The translations under genes were made by a program, and so were the position numbers. DNA of 64,000 nucleotides from Octopus sinensis (lineage: Eukaryota). Positions 27,406-38,203 of this stretch are shown here, piece by piece; position 1 is the first letter of the stretch, and every line of letters begins with the position of its first letter. Where the stretch lies: the NCBI RefSeq assembly GCF_006345805.1, contig NC_043008.1:68820001-68884000 (forward strand), read 5' to 3'. Under the pieces are notes generated by a model. It was not told the origin of the DNA, searched no databases, and saw only the letters and a list, made by a program, of their open reading frames with translations.

Positions 27406-27600
27406 TAATCCAAACAAGAAAACAAAAAACAACAACGCAAGGATGTGGAACAAATAAAGTATTATTGGACGCTCAGGAAGAGGGAAGAAGGAGGGTTTGA
27501 CGTTTCGAGCGGAGCTCTTCGTCGGAAACACAGGAGAAAGAAACATCCCGAGACGGGAGGACAGAGGAAAAAAAATAGCAGGTAGTCTACACGAGGTCAC
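27400..27600 (-). mobile_element. Short hammerhead-bearing element (Penelope pLTR-like), family H4; ribozyme at 27495-27529 has core CCGACGA
   Basis: Minus strand reads gttt-CCGACGA-A-GAGC-tcc-GCTC-GAAA-CG-TC-aaac. It is homologous to 29720-29925 and ends at (TA)n. Confidence 0.8.
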
Positions 27601-27969
27601 ATACTAAAAAGACGGAAGTGGTCAAAAGGAAGGAAAAGTGTTTTTTAAAAACAAAAGAGCTGAATCAGAGAAGGAATGGTAAAAAAGGTGTGCGAGATGA
27701 CAAGGGTGTGTGTGTGAGTGTGTGTATGTGTGTGTATGGTGGACGATGGCTGGTAGCAAGCAGTAGTGGAATGGTGGACGATGGCTGGTAGCAGGCAGTA
27801 GGGAATTAAGGAGAGGGTGGGGGTACCCTAGCAAGTCAGAAAGGCAGGTCAGAAACAGGGAGGTATGTGTGTGTGCATGTATATGTATCGTGTGTGTGTT
27901 TTGTTGTAGTATGTGTGTGTGTACGTGTGCGTTTTTTGTGTGTATGGCGAGTAACTGTGCTTAGACCTA

Positions 27970-28073
<104 letters not shown>

Positions 28074-28182
28074 TGATAGAAGTTGCAAGACAACAAAAGA
28101 ATGAAAGAGGCCTCGAAATTATGTAAATAGAAGAATTTATCTGTAAATACAATATGTGACAATATTCGGTAATTGTCACATA

Positions 28183-28219
<37 letters not shown>

Positions 28220-28220
<1 letters not shown>

Positions 28221-28650
28221 GTGAAATAGAAAGATGAATAATCTTGTAGTAGATTAATCAAAAGTTTAACCGATACCTTAGTAGCAAAATCACAGCAGTA
28301 ACAGCACGGTTGGAGGTACAACCATCTGCGTTTGCAACCGTGCGTTGGTGCGGATAATTGAAATTAAACATTATTGGTGAATTGAAGAAATGGAGCTGAA
28401 CGCAGATTGAACAAAAATCGTTTTATTCGCCATGGGCTCTTAGGAGCATAGTTCGATTTGTTTTTGCTCCGCCTCTGTTCTGTTTTTGTTTTTCCAACGG
28501 ATTTCCTTTTTCTTCCTGAAGAGAAAGACACAATATGGTCCCATTATTCAATCGGATTTTGTAAATTGTGCCTTTCGAAACACGTGTAGAATGAAATAAA
28601 ACGATTTCTGTTCAATCTGCGTTCAGCTCCATTTCTTCAATTCACCAATA

Positions 28651-28654
<4 letters not shown>
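28220..28654. mobile_element. (TA)n-flanked block with 60-bp inverted arms enclosing a hammerhead; inverted pseudo-LTR-like structure
   Basis: 28368-28427 versus the reverse complement of 28595-28654 matches 59/60. (TA)n lies on both outer sides. Confidence 0.85.
28509..28596 (+). ncRNA. Type-I hammerhead ribozyme, apparently intact
   Basis: Stem I TTTC-TTC/GAA-t-GAAA; core CTGAAGA 28516-22; stem II GAAAG-a-CACAAT/ATTGTG-c-CTTTC; GAAA 28577-80; palindromic stem III ACACGTGT; GUA triplet, predicted cleavage after 28588. Confidence 0.88.
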
Positions 28655-28722
<68 letters not shown>

Positions 28723-28944
28723 TTGTATGTGGTGTGTATGCATGTACACACACACACACATAGAAGTTGTGTGTGTGTGTGTGTACATGCATACACACAC
28801 ATACAAACATACATATATATATATATTATATATATATAATATATTATATATATATAATTATTATATAATATATATATTATATATATATATATATAATATA
28901 TATATATATATATGTATGTTGTTGTATGTGTTGTATGCATGTAC

Positions 28945-28978
<34 letters not shown>

Positions 28979-28983
28979 GTATA

Positions 28984-29150
28984 GGCGCAAGGAGTGGCTG
29001 TGTGGTAAGTAGCTTGCACCAACCACATGGTTCCGGGTTCAGTCCACTGCGTGGCATCTTGGGTAAGTGTTTCTGCTATAGCCCCGGGCGACCAATGCCT
29101 TGTGAGTGGATTTGGTAGGCGGAAACTGAAAGAAGCCTGTCGTATTATAC

Positions 29151-29185
<35 letters not shown>

Positions 29186-29421
29186 GTGTGTGTGTGTGTG
29201 TGTGTTGTGTGTGTGTTTGGTGTCTGTGTTTGTCCCCTAGCATTACTTGACAACCGATGCTGGTGTGTTTACGTCCCCGTCACTTAGCGGTTCGGCAAAA
29301 GAGACCGATGAATAAGTACTGGGCTTACAAAGAATAAGTCCCGGGGTCGATTTGCTCGATTAAAGGCGGTGCTCCAGCATGGCCGCAGTCAAATGACTGA
29401 AACAAGTAAAAGAGTAAAAGA
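28984..29421 (+). mobile_element. SINE family B, full length and well preserved, with an internal (TA)n(TG)n expansion
   Basis: A-box-like tggctgtgtggt, B-box-like ggttcagtcc, CORE-like cttgggtaagtgtttct, and a tail ending gtaaaagagtaaaagag. Confidence 0.92.
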
Positions 29422-29719
29422 GGGAGTATGTATATGTAAATAGTAAGGGATTACCCCAAAAGGTTTATCTGTTCGCGTCTAAACGGACAACACTACATCA
29501 TATAACGGTGTGTAGATAAACAAAAAACTTTAAACAGTTAAATCGAACACCATTAAGTAGAGACCTTAAAGAAACTGCACCGGTATTATAGCAGGGCTGA
29601 AATTGCAGTGGTGAGTATTCGGTGCAGTTGAAACACGTGTAGGTCTATGTAAAGCTGAATATATATTAAAAGAATTATAGGTTATGCTATGCAGCTTCGT
29701 AATAATCTTTATTATTATT

Positions 29720-29925
29720 GTGACCGCGATTGTACCGTTGGCGATTTTTTTCCTCCGTCTTCCCTTCTTTGGATCTTTCCTTTTCCTATGTTTCTGACGA
29801 AGAGCTCCGCTCGAAACGTTAAACACTCTTTCTATCCTTCTTTTCTGAGCGTCTAATAATACTATACTTGTTCCACGTCCTCGCGTTGTTGTGTTTTCTC
29901 TCTGTGTTTTCATGTGTGGATTATA
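29720..29925 (+). mobile_element. Short hammerhead-bearing element, family H4; minimal ribozyme at 29789-29825 with intact core
   Basis: tgttt-CTGACGA-A-GAGC-tcc-GCTC-GAAA-CG-TT-aaaca, followed by ctgagcgtctaataatac...ttgttccac and ending at (TA)n. Confidence 0.85.
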
Positions 29926-29976
29926 TATATATATATATAATATATATATATATAGATAGATATATCTAGATATATC

Positions 29977-30152
29977 GGAGACCCCCTTCGGTCACGAATG
30001 ACCATGGGATTACACCTAGAAGTTACTCTCTGGGACACAAATCCGGGCAAGGTTGTTTATGGAAGACCTGCAGTCGCTCATGCATACCTGCCTCCTCTCT
30101 CCACGCCACCGATGTTATCCAAGAGAAAGACAAGGGCCTATACAACTTGGCA
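29977..30152 (-). mobile_element. 3' half of a further octopus-type SINE, truncated
   Basis: gacccccttcggtca...gaccatgggatt...ggcaaggttgtttatggaagacc...acttggcacc. I recognise this from recollection as the reverse complement of a SINE tail; there is no second copy in the window. Confidence 0.55.
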
Positions 30153-30160
30153 CCAAGCTG

Positions 30161-30217
<57 letters not shown>

Positions 30218-30238
30218 TGTGTGTGTGTGTGTGTGTGT

Positions 30239-30272
<34 letters not shown>

Positions 30273-31140
30273 TGTGTGTATCTATGTATATATACATATA
30301 TATGAAATAAAAGCAGCTTTAGTATGGCAACTATTATTAAATACTAATGTATATGCTCTGTGTATTTTCCGGTGACTGGAATGGTGTAGCGAAGTATGTA
30401 ACTCTTATGTCACCTGTGTTAAAACACCTAGTATATATATTTAATAATATGCATACATGCATGCATAAATACATAAATACATACATATACATGTGTCTGT
30501 GTGTGTGTGTGTGTTCGTGTTTGTTCCCACCCCACTGCTTGGCACTGTGTTTGCTTTCCTGTAAATTTGCGGTTCGGCACAAAAGACTGACAGAATGGGC
30601 ACTTATCACAACAACACGAAACAAAAAGATGAGTATTTCTAAGTCTATGCATATTTAGGTGTGTATATGTGTGCGATATGGACGTGTGTGCATGTTTCTA
30701 TATGTATGTGTCACTGTGTGTGTTTATTTGCCAATATGCGTTTCCTTTTGTTGGTTTGTATGTTTCTGTGTGCATATTTATTTCTGTGCTTGTGTGTGTC
30801 TGTGTGTCTTGTGAGGACTATTATCCTTAGACACAACAGATGTTCCAACCATGACTAGTTCGTCGTTTTCTTGGGCATTGTGTATCTATCTATTATATAT
30901 CAATAGTTTTCCCAAGACCTTACGTTGTAACTTAGAGATGATTTGCTTGCTATTGCTTGAAAATCGGGCGACCACGTAGAGCCTCTCACACTCTCACACA
31001 TGTGAATATCTGTGCCATCGTGAGTGCGTCAGTAAACGAATTTTTATTTGTGAAATCCTGTGTATGTGTGTATGTGTGGCAAATATATACGCACGTGTGA
31101 ATAAATATCGTTCTCTCAATCTCTCCTTGTGTGTGCGTGC

Positions 31141-31173
<33 letters not shown>

Positions 31174-31174
31174 T

Positions 31175-31205
<31 letters not shown>

Positions 31206-31689
31206 CATGTTATAATTAGGACATCAAACACGTAGATGCACTTCGAAAAAAGGCCGACCTCACAGCACGATGGCTACAGTTGTTTATCTGAGGTTGTAAG
31301 GTAAGCTGTACAATTACATGAAGTTCATTTACCTCATGCATATACTCGTACACACACGCACATAAGCATGCTTGTGTGTTCACACGTATACACACACACA
31401 CACACACACACAAACATATTCACGCAAAAAAACACATTTTTAAATATACATATACATGCTTATGGATAAAAATATAAATGCATGTGGTGTGCGTACATTT
31501 ATATATATATATATATATATATACAAACACACATATATATATACATATATATAAGTAGTCATATATATACATATATGTATATGTATGCAGCCATATACAT
31601 AAATATATGTATATATATTCATATATATGTATGTATATATGTATGTATATATGTATGTATGTATATATGTATGTATGTATATATGTATG

Positions 31690-31731
<42 letters not shown>

Positions 31732-32127
31732 TATATAAGTATACATATGTATACTATATTTTTTTATCTTTTCATTATTTCAGTCATTAGACTGCGCCCA
31801 TCTATGTATACTTCTATATATTTATATATATCTATATGTATGTATGTACGTACTTACGTATGTATGTATGTATGTATGTATGTATTATGTATGTATGTAT
31901 GTATGTATGTATGTATGTATGTATGCATTCTTAAACACACACACGCACGTGCGTGCGTACATATATACACGCAGATTTTTAAAACATACGTATTAAACTC
32001 TACACACTTCCGGTACAAGTATGCATCGAGTACTTTTAAGTATATATACAAAAACAAAAGCAAAAACCGACATCACAACAAATGAATTTCATAATTTATA
32101 CTCGATAATATATGTATATATATATAT

Positions 32128-32180
<53 letters not shown>

Positions 32181-32708
32181 GTATACACACATGTATATAC
32201 AAAATGTAGATATGCACTTTGTTAAATCAGAAATCTTTCTTACCATTTACGTAAATGACTTAGGAGCAAAGAAAAAAAATTTGAAAGCCAAAATACAATA
32301 AAACGCGAACATTAAAAATAAATATTCTTGATCAATTGAGTAAAATATGTTTTCTACTTGAGGAGTTCAATATAATTTATATGTCACACTCACCCCCCGC
32401 CTCACGCCCCGCCAGCCCCTCGTAGACACGCATATATTCACGCTTTGATGCACCTATTATTCACACTCAAAAATGTACGTGTATTAGGCATTCATACATA
32501 TATACATGTATACATATACACACACGCACATACATACACACAGACATATATGAGTATGTGTGTGTGCGCGCTTGTGAGTTCAAATAATATATATATGTAT
32601 ATATATGACATCAATATATGTATATATATATGTCGAAGTGTGTGTGTGTATATATTATCTATATATATGTATACGCACACACAAACACACACACACATAC
32701 ATACATAT

Positions 32709-32771
<63 letters not shown>

Positions 32772-32896
32772 TTCACCATATTAATTTGTAGATTTTGAGG
32801 TAAACTTTCAGATACATTTGATGTAAACGAATACTGCGAGCAAAATATTATCTCTCTTTCTTTCTGTCCTTCCCTCGTTTTCTATCTGTCTTTCAG

Positions 32897-33220
32897 TGAG
32901 GGCGCGTGGCTTAGTGGTTAGGGCATTCGGCTCATGATCGTAAGGTTGTGAGTTCGATTCCCGGCGACGCGTTGTGTCCTTGAGCAAGACACTTTATTTC
33001 ACGTTGCTCCAGTCCACTCAGCTGGCAAAAATGAGTTGTACTTGTATTTCAAAGGGTCAGCCTTGTCACTCTCTGTGTCACGCTGATTATCCCCGAGAAC
33101 TACGTTAAGGGTACACGTGTCTGTGGAATGCTCAGCCATTTGCACGTTAATTTCACGAGCAAGCTGTTCCGTTGATCGTATCAGCTGGGACCCTCGTCGT
33201 CGTAACCGGCGGAGTCTTTA
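32897..33220 (+). mobile_element. SINE family C (tRNA head plus CORE-like gtgtccttgagcaagacact), full length, 13-bp target-site duplication
   Basis: A box tggcttagtgg and B box agttcgattccc. The duplication atctgtctttcag lies at 32884-96 and 33221-33. Confidence 0.92.
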
Positions 33221-33395
33221 ATCTGTCTTTCAGACTGTTCCTCATTCCTCGCTCTGTGTCTCTTTTTCACTGCTTGTCTGCCTGTCTGTCTGTTTCGTTA
33301 TATGTATATGTGGTTGTGTGCGCGCGTGTGTGTATGTATGTACACTCACAGGAACTCAGTTGTCTATACACACACACGAACAAAGGTGTGCATAT

Positions 33396-33433
<38 letters not shown>

Positions 33434-33574
33434 GTCAAATACTCACATACATACATGTATACATATATACATACATACATACATACATACATACATACAT
33501 ACATACATACATACACATATATATGTGTGTGTGCGCATATGTGTGCATATATATATATATGCATATATATGTGC

Positions 33575-33635
<61 letters not shown>

Positions 33636-34009
33636 TGTGTGTGTATACATTTATATCTACTTATGTATGCATCTTACTATGTACATAGTAAGACTGACAG
33701 GTATATTCGATCACACACGTATATACATACACACACACCTATGTTTACCCACACAGACATACTCACCAATACATATAATCATATTAATCTAAATAAATCT
33801 TTTATCTTTTACTTGTTTCAATCATCAGACTTGGGAAGGAGCTGGGGCATCACCTTGAAGAATTTTTAGTCGAACGAATGGATACCTCTACCGTTATCTT
33901 TTGTGAGCTTGGTACTTATATTATCGTGACATAAACATATCAACACCGGTTGTGAAACTGACAGAAACACATACATAAATGTACACACACACACACAAAC
34001 GTTCGCATA

Positions 34010-34173
34010 TATATATATTGTTTCTCTCCTAGTTTCTTTCTGCGTTCCTTTCTGTAGAAGAGCGTAGGCTCGAAACGTAAAAGACTTTTTCTAGTCCTGA
34101 GCGCTATACTAATACATCTGTTTGTTTGTACACCACCTGCCTTCGTCTTTTGTTTATTTTCGTAAACTTCCCC
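34010..34173 (+). mobile_element. Short hammerhead-bearing element related to H4; ribozyme at 34048-34083 has core CTGTAGA
   Basis: cttt-CTGTAGA-A-GAGC-gtag-GCTC-GAAA-CG-TA-aaag, followed by cctgagcgc..tactaatac..ttgttt and ending at (TA)n. Confidence 0.75.
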
Positions 34174-34190
34174 TATATATATATATAACG

Positions 34191-34582
34191 ACTAATTAAA
34201 AGGTTGGCTTAATAGCAACTAGAACCTAAAGGCAAATGCAATAGAAGTCACAAAATGACAGAGGGTACTGGTCAGCACCGATTACGTTAAGATAAGAGTT
34301 AACTCTAAAGCCACAAAGCACTAATTTAATGACTGACAAAGGGAGGTAAATCCCTAGCGTACGAAGCCGTATCGCGATTTCCAATCTTGGTGTTGGACAC
34401 CTTAATTTTCATCAGCGGCTTTTAATGCCTAGGGTTAAACTCACTTTCCTCTATCAATAATATAAGAAAAAACCGTTTAAAGCATATGCTGATTTTCTCA
34501 ACAGTGTAAGTATAAACAACTAATTAAAAAGGTGACTCATTAGCAATTAGAACCTAGAGGCAACATTAATAGAGGTCACGAA
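34191..34582 (-). mobile_element. About 1.2 copies of a 328-bp hammerhead-containing unit (retrozyme/pLTR-like)
   Basis: A 64-bp diverged direct repeat at 34191-34254 and 34519-34582 flanks a hammerhead. Confidence 0.75.
34364..34421 (-). ncRNA. Type-I hammerhead ribozyme, near intact
   Basis: Stem I AAGCCG/CGGCTT; core CTGATGA; stem II a-AATT-aa-GGTGT-cca-ACACC-aa-GATT-g with an A.G mismatch at the base; GAAA; palindromic stem III ATCGCGAT; AUA triplet. Confidence 0.85.
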
Positions 34583-35183
34583 AGTGGGCTTCCTTCAGTT
34601 TCTCTCAACCAAATCCTCTCAGAAGGCTTTTGTCTGAGCGAGGCTATTGTAGAAAACACGTGTTCAAGGTACCGCGCAGAGAGACATATTTATAAATTAT
34701 ATATTATTATAAATTATAAATTATATATATTATTATAAATTATATATTATTATAAATTCTATATCATTATTAGAGTCAGTGTCATGACGTTGATAAGAGC
34801 CTCCCCTGGTTTCGTGTTCAGCCGTAGTGCATGGCACGTTGAGAATGTTCTATTTACGTTAGTTTCACTTTGTGGCTCGTTAAATAACGGTTCGACAAAT
34901 GGATAATGAGAAATTAAATAACAGATTGAAATATGTAGTGAGATCGACATGGTCAGCAAAACCCTTTACGGTAGTGTCCCTGGCTTGGCAGCAGTCCAAA
35001 GACTGAAACTAGTCAATATATATTTAAAAAAAAATACTAATCACGTAAGTACACACGCACACACGCACACACGCACATGTCTCTGTGTGTATATATTTTT
35101 ATATATACATACATACACATATACATATACATATATACATACATATACATATATACACACATATTTATATAAAGATATATATG

Positions 35184-35229
<46 letters not shown>

Positions 35230-36014
35230 CATGCATATCTTTACATATGTATATAAATATATATGTGTGCGTGCGTGCATGCGTGTGTTCATGTGTGTGT
35301 ATATGTTATCTGTATGTGTACTTACATGCACATATATGCGTGCGTACGTGTATGTATGTATACAGGTTTGTGTGTGTGTATATATCTTTATATATGCATT
35401 TACAGATATAAACATGTATGCAAACATACCCACACACATTCACTCACATTTTACAAACACACATATTCACAGAACACGTACACAAAAAAATAATAATTTT
35501 TAATAGAAAATAAATAATTTCTGTAATTGAATTTTATCGATTGAACAACTAAATGATATTTCTGCCTTTAATATCGACTAAAAGAAGGAATCCCCTGAGT
35601 ATTAACTATTTAATACTCCTTAAATATTAAGACTATGAAATAGTAGTACCAGTAGCAGAGTGAACAGAAAGCGTGTTGTTTATCTAAATGTCTTTGAAAT
35701 TCTGGTTTCAAATTCCACCTGGATGAATTTTGTTTGTGTTTCAGCCGCCGGGCTGCGAGGGGCTCACTATCCCTCATGCGTTTGGGTAAATGTAATCGAT
35801 TGTACCTTATTCGCTTTATGTCAGAATGAAGTGAAAATTGGCAGCATCGTAAGGATTGTTTTGTAGTAAGTAATCCTACATTCTGAGTTCGCATCCAACA
35901 CACGGCTACTTCTTTTTTTTCTGTTTATTAATCTTTTTTAAGGTCTGTAAATAAATTACTGGTCGAAGATTGATGGAATTATCAGAGCGTTTGCGAATCT
36001 GCTTTGTGATATCA

Positions 36015-36178
36015 GTTCTGGCTGTCTGCATTTAGGATTCAAATTGAATCTTCCTCTTATCGGAGAAAATTAAGAACAGTGACATTTCTGCTGCGCGGTT
36101 CTGGCTGTCTGCATTCAGGGTTCAAATCGCGTCTTCCTTTTACTAGAGAAAATGAAGAATGGTGACATTTCTGCTGCG
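36015..36178 (+). repeat. 83-bp tandem duplication, two copies
   Basis: gttctggctgtctgcatt...gtgacatttctgctgcg starts at 36015 and 36098. Confidence 0.9.
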
Positions 36179-37463
36179 ACCGGCAGAAAAACCGATTTTC
36201 ATCGGAAAATCAACTTCTATTTGCAGGAATGGTTGAATCTTAAAATAAAATGCCTTCTGGTATTTACATACATCTGTTGACTTGTATTCACGTTGAGACA
36301 GCGATTTTGGTTTCCAAAATGTCAGCGTCGATAAAATAAAGTACTATTGACGAACTGGGTCGACGAAATCCCTTACATCCCCTGCCCCCACTGAATGTGT
36401 GGATCTGTGCCAATTTTATAAATCATTATTACAAGACGACTGAGCTAGCAGAATCATTTAAGTGCTGGAAATCCCTTCATTTCTATCAGTCCTCTAGGTT
36501 CTGCGTTCAAATCCTCTTAAAGTCAGCCCTTCCCTTCATCATGTCGGGAATGATAAAATAAAGTACTAGTCAAGTACTAGCACCAATGGTGTCAACTTAC
36601 TCCTTTGCCTCAAAATTGCTGCTAGAAATAACAACTATATTTCACCCTAGGCACACCAGACCATCTTTGACAAAACCCATTAAATAAAAATAAAATGAAC
36701 GTTACACTAAACATAATAAAAACATGAGATAGGCACGGTTAGCATCTTTCTGATTACAAGACTGCATAGTATGGTGGTTAGCGATATGTTCTTCACTGGC
36801 TGTTCAAAATGTGAGGAAGGTTGTGCACGTAAACAATGACCGTGCGAAAGTTTAATTCATTTTTCAAATATTTTCTTAACCCGCGTCGTTATATTTACAA
36901 AAGTACATCCCGTGAATTAATAGAACAATGTAGACGAAACATAACAGTTTGGAATCTTCTGATTATAATTTGCTGGATAATTTTAAAAAGTACTGTACTG
37001 CATATAATTAATGTGTATTGTTTGATACTATAAGCCAAGGTTGATGTGTATTGCTGAATGCAGCATTAGCATGCTGTATAAGAAAAGTGAAGGACGGGGA
37101 GACAGACCAACTGCCCATACAAATAACATAGATTGCCACTGACGGCTTAGCAGTTCCTTGACCTAGGTTTCAGTTTGTCAGCTTGTATAGCTATAAACTA
37201 ACTTCTAGAATCTTCGGCCAAACTCCTTGGCAGGAAAATTAGCTGCGTAAGTTTGAAGTCTGCCGTGTCGACTATAATAAATCAACCAGTACTGCCTGAT
37301 CGAATCATATTTACGTAAACGTTAAATAACTTTCATGGTTACATTTTTCCTTTCATGGAAATACATTAGTTCATGGTTCTGAACTGGGAAATATCTGAGA
37401 GTCATGGTTCAAACCTCAGCCGGTATCTTGCTACAGCAGTTTGATTAGGTCTGACCTATAGTG

Positions 37464-37501
<38 letters not shown>

Positions 37502-37940
37502 GCAGCAGCAGCAACTACTACTACTACTACTACTACAATAACAACAACGACAACAACAACACAACAACAACACTATGTTGCTCAATTATTGTACTACATG
37601 TATCAGAAATGTATTTTATTGACTTAAAGCATTTGTTGTTTCCCACCAAAAAGAGCGTGATATCTGTGAATAACCTCGAGTAGTAATGGCGTCTTTTTAC
37701 TGTAACATTTCGTTATTCCTTTATTTTCATGGTCTCCGAGTTCATTGGAAGTGATGTTAAGTGTAAGATTTTAATGGCATTTGAAACTCATTAAAGGCTT
37801 ACCAATGAGAAAGATTACATGTTTTCACGTGCCTCCTTTCAAGGAAATTAGTAATTGAATATCATTCGCCAGAAATGTGATATGTTCCTATGCAACAAGA
37901 TATTTCGCTTCAATGGAGGAAATAACACACACATATGCAT

Positions 37941-38055
37941 ACACGCATGCACGCACACGCATGCACGCACACGCATGCACGCACACGCATGCACGCACAC
38001 GCATGCACGCACACGCATGCACGCACACGCATGCACGCACACGCATGCACGCACG
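37941..38055. repeat. 14-bp minisatellite (ACACGCATGCACGC), about 8 copies
   Basis: Perfect tandem units in strict purine-pyrimidine alternation. Confidence 0.95.
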
Positions 38056-38159
38056 CACGCACAAACACTTGCTTCTATGCATTTGCTTCCACACATGCAT
38101 GTGCTATGAACAAACACATGCTTGCTTACTATACAAGCATATACATGCACGCACACACA

Positions 38160-38203
<44 letters not shown>

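Noticed and set aside
32897-32970. tRNA-Met-like sequence (CTCATGA loop, A and B boxes)
   Set aside because: No 3' acceptor stem. It continues into a SINE body with a target-site duplication, so it is a SINE head and not a tRNA gene. The same applies to 56701-56775.
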